NCBI RefSeq assembly: GCF_009914755.1
Contig: NC_060935.1
From: the human T2T-CHM13v2.0 reference genome, Homo sapiens
DNA length: 64,000 nucleotides
Direction: 5' to 3' (one strand)
Below are positions 58,041-64,000 of the stretch, piece by piece. The notes under the pieces were generated by a model that made no database searches, was not told the DNA's origin, and saw nothing but the letters and a program-made list of their open reading frames with translations. Made by a program: the position numbers and the translations under genes. Position 1 is the first letter of the stretch, and every line of letters starts with the position of its first letter.

Positions 58041-58307
58041 CAAAGCACCCACACCCACAGCTTTGGGGTCTTAGAGTCATTAATGAGCGACCCATTCCCC
58101 CTCACCCTACATAAGATAGTATTAAGCCCTGAAAATTTGACTGCCACCAGATAGTCCTCGTCTCCATCCCTGTGGTCACTACTCTAGTTCAGACCTGCTT
58201 TACCCTTGTAGGGCCACCATACTAACCCCTGCTTGACAGTTTCCAGGCCTCCCCAACTCTAGTTTATTTTGCCTCCCATTACAGCATTTTTCTGAAGTCT
58301 CCCTGCT

Positions 58308-58468
58308 TAAAGCGTGTTCTACAGTCTAGCAGCATCAGCATCACCTGGGAACTTCTTGGCAATGCAGCATCTTAAGCCCCTCCCTAGACCTACCGAATCT
58401 AAATGTATACTTTAACAAACTCTCTTGGTGATCTGAATGCACATTAAAGTCTGAAAAGCATTGCTTTC
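58308..58468. mobile_element. MER5-family DNA transposon
   Basis: agcagcatcagcatcacctgggaactt...aatgcagcatcttaagccc...cacattaaagtctgaaaagcattgc. Confidence 0.72.
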
Positions 58469-58891
58469 AAGCATAGCTCTACTTATCTCCCATCATTGCT
58501 AAAACACAAAACCTTCTGTTGCTCACTGGTGCCTGCTGAATACACTTCAAACTCCCTCGTCTAATTTTCACTTTCTTCTAGCCTACCGGGACACTTTCCT
58601 TTTTCAGAACATGCTCCATCCATCCTTCCTCAGCTCCTGCCTTTGCCCTTGCCTGGGACACTCTTTCACCTCTCTTTATCCTTCTGATCCATAGGGCTGA
58701 GCTAAAATGCAGCGTCTTTCTTGATTTCTCCAAGGGGTGCCTCTCCCATCATTGGGCATCCAAAATATTTCCATTATTTCTTCTTAGTCTGTCATATCTT
58801 GCATTACAGTTATGAGTTATATTTCTTGACAGCTAGTAATCCGAAAGCTCCTGAAGGGCAGAAACTATATCTAACTCATATAACCGGCCCT

Positions 58892-59296
58892 TGATATGGT
58901 TTGGATCTGTGTTCCCACCCAAATCTCATGTTCAGTTGTAATTCTCAGTATTGGAGGTGAGGCCTGGTGGGAGGTGATTGGATCGTGGGGATGCTCCTTC
59001 ATGAATGGTTTAGCACGAACTCCTCAGTGCTGTTCTCATGATGGTGAGTGAGTTCTCACATCTGGTTGTCTAAAAGTATGTAGCACCTTCCCCCTCTTCC
59101 TTTGTCCTGTTCCTGGCATGTAAGACACCCGCTCCTACTTTGCCTTTCACCATGAATAAAACTCCCCTGAGGCCTCCCCAGAGCAGATGCTGCCATGCTT
59201 CCTGTAAAGCCTGCAGAACTATGAGCCAATGAAACCTCTTTTGTTTATAAATTACTCAGTCTCAGGTATTTTTTATAGCAGTGAGAGACTAATACA
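58892..59296 (+). mobile_element. MSTA MaLR solo LTR with 5-bp TSD GCCCT
   Basis: tgatatggtttggatctgtgttcccacccaaatctcatg...gagactaataca; GCCCT at 58887-58891 and 59297-59301. Confidence 0.88.
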
Positions 59297-59365
59297 GCCC
59301 TTAGGATTTTAGTTCATAGGTGATCAATACATATTTTTAAGATAAATTGTTGAAAAAATGTTTAT

Positions 59366-59655
59366 AGCTAGGCATAGTGACTTATGCCTGTAATCTTGGC
59401 ACTTTGGGAGGCCAAGGCAAGAGGGCTGCTTGCACTTGAGGCTAGGAGTTTAAGACCAGCCTGGGCAACATATTGAGATCTCATCTCTACTATTAATAAA
59501 AATATTAGCCAGATATGGTGGTGTGCACCTATAGTCCCAGCTACTTGGGAGGCTGAGGTGGCAAGTACACTAAGCCCAGGGGTTTGAGGCTGCAATGAGC
59601 TATGATTGCACCACTGCACTCCAGGCTGGGCAACAGAGTGAGATTCTGTCTAAAA
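59366..59655 (+). mobile_element. AluJ
   Basis: Diverged Alu dimer. Confidence 0.85.
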
Positions 59656-60869
59656 GAATAGGTGAAAAAGAGTAACTGCATATTGTTATCAACAGCAAAA
59701 GAAATGTAGACTCATTCAGCACTCACTTGGTAACATCCAACAAATGACCTCTACTGGATTTAAATGACAAATCGAGAAACAACTTATTCCCAACTACTAC
59801 AGCTATTAAAAATATAATCGACAGAGAAGATAGAACATCCAGTTGAAGTTCTGTCCAAATGTTTAAGTGTTAAAACTCTGCAGTTCTCACTTACCTTAAA
59901 TATCATATAGCACATGGCCAGCAAGAATTCTAGGTGTATAAAACTCATTCTCTCTTTTCTTCCAACTAAAGCGAGGGACCGTGGGGGCTAGCCATAAACC
60001 CTTTGATCATTTTCTTCAGTGTATCATGTGAAATTTGTTTCAGTCTCCTGACACATGAACACATTTACCAGAAATATTCCTTAGAGCCAATTTGTATAAA
60101 GCAAGGAAGAGTCATGGTGGGTGTAGCAGAAACTTGCAATGTTTCCAGGCAAGGAAATACTGTGTTCACAGAATGCTGATTTGGTAAAAGAAGGAGAGGA
60201 GTTTTGCTGGGAGAATACCAATGTAGTTTAACAATGCAGCTCAAACATGTCGGGGCATTCTAGGTGACCAGCTCTCAATGACAAGCCCTCAAGACAAGCA
60301 GCCTGCCTGCCAGAATCTCACAGATTGGATGCAAGCAAGGGAAATGCTCCATCTATCTCTCTCAAGGTGGAGGAACCAAGGAGGACACTGCAGTTATATT
60401 AAGTGATTCTAATTATCACATTTCTACAGCCAGAATGCAGGGTGGTTTTACCCACTGATTCTCCCAGCAGGAGCCAGCCAGAAGAAAAATTAAGAGGATG
60501 CTTTGGAAATCTTCTTTTTTCATACTTAAATTCATAGATGGTCAAGGTATAAAATTTAGGCCCCATCTGGATTTTCTGCTTCTGTTTTTAGAATTTTTTT
60601 TTTTTTTTTTGCATGAGGTCCCAATTAGTCCAAAACAATGAGGCATCCCTTAATCCCAAATGACGCTTGCTCCTACGCCTGTACCTTTCCTTGTCCTATC
60701 AAAACATCAAGACTTGTAGTGGTATTATTTGTTAGGAGGACCACACGATGGCAGTTAAGCATGTGGTCCCTGGGGTCAACCCACTTGGGTTCAAGTCCTT
60801 ACCCTGCCTCTTCCTAACTGTATCATCCTGGCAAGTTATTGTAACATTCTGCCTATTGAATCTTGCCTT

Positions 60870-61022
60870 TCTTTTATATTTTGGTATTTTGATCATCATG
60901 AATTTATTAGGATTAATTTTGGTTTTTTAAAGGATTACATTAAAATATTATTAATCTTGATTACTGAGGTTTTTGACATTCTCTCAAATTTTTTACCCAA
61001 AGCAAGTGAGGTAGTGGCCTGT
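60870..61022. mobile_element. MER96B-like hAT fragment inserted in a MIR
   Basis: attaattttggttttttaaaggattacattaaaatattattaatcttgattactgaggtttttg. Confidence 0.55.
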
Positions 61023-61062
61023 GTTTCAGTTGTCTCATCTATAAGGGAAAGTTAAAAATAGT

Positions 61063-61386
<324 letters not shown>

Positions 61387-61556
61387 TATGATAAAACAAA
61401 AATAGTAACGATGTCACTGGATTGTCACAAGGAATAAAGATGGTAATATACTTACAGTGTTTAAAACAACACTTTGCAAAATATGTGAGCTCTCACTATG
61501 ATTTTCTTTGACTCTGCAAATCTGTTCTTCCTACATTAGAGAAGGAGGACTACTTT

Positions 61557-61740
61557 AACAAAGCTTCTCAAACTGAACTTTAACAAAGAATTACCTAGAG
61601 AGCTTGTTAAAAATAGATTCCTGGACCCTGCTCCCAGAAATCCTGATTCAGTAGGTCTCGGGTGGGGCCTGAGAATTTGCATTTCTAACAAGCTCCCAGG
61701 TGCGGTAGCTACTCTGGGGACAAAACTTTTGAGCAGTCTG
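61557..61740. mobile_element. MER5A DNA transposon
   Basis: cctgattcagtaggtctcgggtggggcctgagaatttgcatttctaacaagctcccaggtg. Confidence 0.82.
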
Positions 61741-62946
61741 CAACACAGAAAATGCAACTGGAGGGCTCCCTATCAAATCTTGGATTGATTTGCTACCAGC
61801 ACATACACTTACTCCAAATAATAGCTGCTCCTACCAACCTCCTCTCAGACATTATCCAGGTTCAATTTGAGAAATAGAATCAGTTGCCAGTTGCCTCTGC
61901 AGCTTTTATCTGCATATCATAGTCTTCCCTTTAGAACTTGTAGGCTGTCTTATCAGTGCTTATCCTGACTTTGTAAATGAATACTTAGAATAACATTGCA
62001 GAAGTGAATAAGACCACCCAACAACAAAGTATTTTCAGTATTGGTTGGTAAAGAGGCCCAGTATCTCAGTTCAGTTCAGTTCAACAAACTCTCAGAGGTA
62101 GCAGGCACTGTGGATAAAAAGATGGAAGGACCCAGGATATTCACCCAGAGTGCACAGTCCTTTGAGGGAGAGGGACACATGAACATTAACTTACGATTCA
62201 GGATGTGACAAGATAGTAACGTGCAGAGAGTGCCATGGAGGAGCAGAAAGGGCACCTTAACCTATCCTAAAGGTGCCAGGTAAGATGTCCTGGAGGAAGC
62301 ATTAGGTGAAGTGACTCTTCTCCACATCTGAGGGTTACTGCCAGCAGCCTGTGAAGCCCCAGTAGCTGTAACACTCCGGCCTCTTGGCTCCTGATTCACT
62401 GTGCCAGACGTGTGCTGGGTCCTGATCCTCCCCGTTCTCCCAGGGAGTGCCTGCTGGCAGGGAGCAGTGCTCTGCTATTCCACGCGGTAAGTCTCATCAA
62501 GCAGGCCCTCCTAGATGCCTATGACTGGGTAAATAAGTCTGCCTAATTGGGGACTTCACTTGCCAAGCTCCATCTTCCACCTTAGTCCTTTTTTAAAATG
62601 AAGAACAGCGAAGTTTCTTAATTCATTTGGAATTCAGGTGGGAAAAAGAAATGCTCTACATTGGGCTCCCTTCAAAACTTCAAGAAAGGATAGTATCCAA
62701 GCTGGGCCAGAAAGGGTGAAGAGAATGCATCAGATGATGATGAGATTCCCATAAAGGAAGTGGTCCTGGGAATGCTGACAGGGCTGAGAAATATTTAGTT
62801 CCACCCTGCCTTCTTGCTGATCACATTCCTTGAAATGGTCCTTTAAAGCAGGGTCAGGTTTTCTATGATGAGACCTTGTACATTTCTCTGAGCCCTATTT
62901 TCCTCTAAACAATACTACCCACCTCATGGGCGCTGTAACAATTCAA

Positions 62947-62950
<4 letters not shown>

Positions 62951-62998
<48 letters not shown>
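62951..62998. repeat. (AT)24 microsatellite
   Basis: Read directly; uninterrupted. Confidence 0.95.
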
Positions 62999-63001
<3 letters not shown>

Positions 63002-64000
63002 GAAAGTCTCTGGCTACCTAGAACACCCTGGTCCAATGTTTAGCTGTTATTCTCCAGGTTGCAAAGGACAGTGCTTTGTTTCTACTAAGTTGCTCAGTGA
63101 TGAATGCTTACTGGAAGCCTAGTCACTTCTTCAGAGCAAGGGAAAGAGAAAGAACTGTCCCTGCCCCGCCCCTCCTGCTCTCCTTGAATGTGTACATTCC
63201 AGAAGCAAAGGCCCAACAAGCTAACTCATGGTCTAAACATTTCTAGCTATGCTGCTGGGCAAAATGATTACAGCCTGAATAATGGCTGTCGCCTGATGTG
63301 TGTCTGGGACGTAACTGCAATGTGGCCTCTGTGGATTGGGAACCATCAAGTATTACAAGAGGAAACATAAAAGAAAACACAGCACATAAACAAGCTCCCA
63401 GGATCACTGACATAACAAGCTTCTTTACTTCACTACGTAAAACCCACAGAGGAAAAGTGTTGTGCTGACCGCCCCCCACTGGTTCCTATTTCCAGCTCAT
63501 GGAAGAATTGGCCCTCTGCCTGTCTGCAGACAGGAAATGCTCCTGGTTTGCTAACATGCTTCGCCTCCGTAACCCAGGGCTTCCATCTGTCCACATGGTC
63601 AGACTCTCTCCCCCAACCACACAGAGGAGCCTGTTTTCTTCTGACCCCTTCTGCTCTCATCTTCTCCTCAACCCCCTGCAAGGACTGGAGATGGCTCATG
63701 CTGGCCCTGTGCCCAGGCAGCCTCCTCCTCCTCCTCCGCCCCTCACACACCAGAGGTTCATGAAATTAGTCACTTGGACTTTCCATGGTTTCGCTGAAGG
63801 TCACTTGCTTTAACTGTCAGCCAGGGAAGAGGCATCTCTGCGGGGAGTTGCAGGGCTGTGGTCTCCCTCCTTGAGAGGGAGGCTAACTCTCATTGTTGGG
63901 ATGGCTGCCCCTGGATAGCACCCGTTTACTGCCCTCCAACTAGAAGGCAAGAGCTCCCTCCAAGACACTGAGGAGGAAGTCAGTTCCCCAGTGACCACTC

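Noticed and set aside
63433-63813. Overlapping ~105-aa ORFs with poly-Pro or poly-Arg
   Set aside because: Produced by a (CCT)n tract in GC-richer sequence; no recognisable domain or splice context.

Overview
Primate (most likely human) genomic DNA. Bases 1-913 on the minus strand are the 5' part of MAML2 exon 2 (mastermind-like 2, Notch co-activator, chr11q21). The ORF track missed it because the frame runs off the window edge without a stop. The remaining ~63 kb is the 3' end of the very long MAML2 intron 1, the intron broken in CRTC1/CRTC3/YAP1/KMT2A-MAML2 fusions. It holds ~22 Alu copies or fragments, MaLR/ERV LTRs (THE1D, MSTA, MSTD, MLT1, MER21), MIR, L2 and L1 fragments, hAT-type DNA transposons (MER5, MER53, MER96B-like, ORSL-like) and microsatellites. 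I see no other protein-coding gene, RNA gene or multi-gene system. The most unusual structures seen directly are: (i) a MER53 transposon carrying a ~150-bp copy of neighbouring unique DNA at its palindrome centre; (ii) a 21-nt in-frame microexon candidate in MAML2 orientation with consensus splice signals; (iii) a sharp switch in Alu orientation near 30 kb; (iv) a perfect 16-bp inverted repeat in an L1 fragment; (v) a CpG-retaining 7-mer expansion inside an Alu. Repeat subfamily calls and boundaries are by eye from remembered consensus sequences and are approximate.
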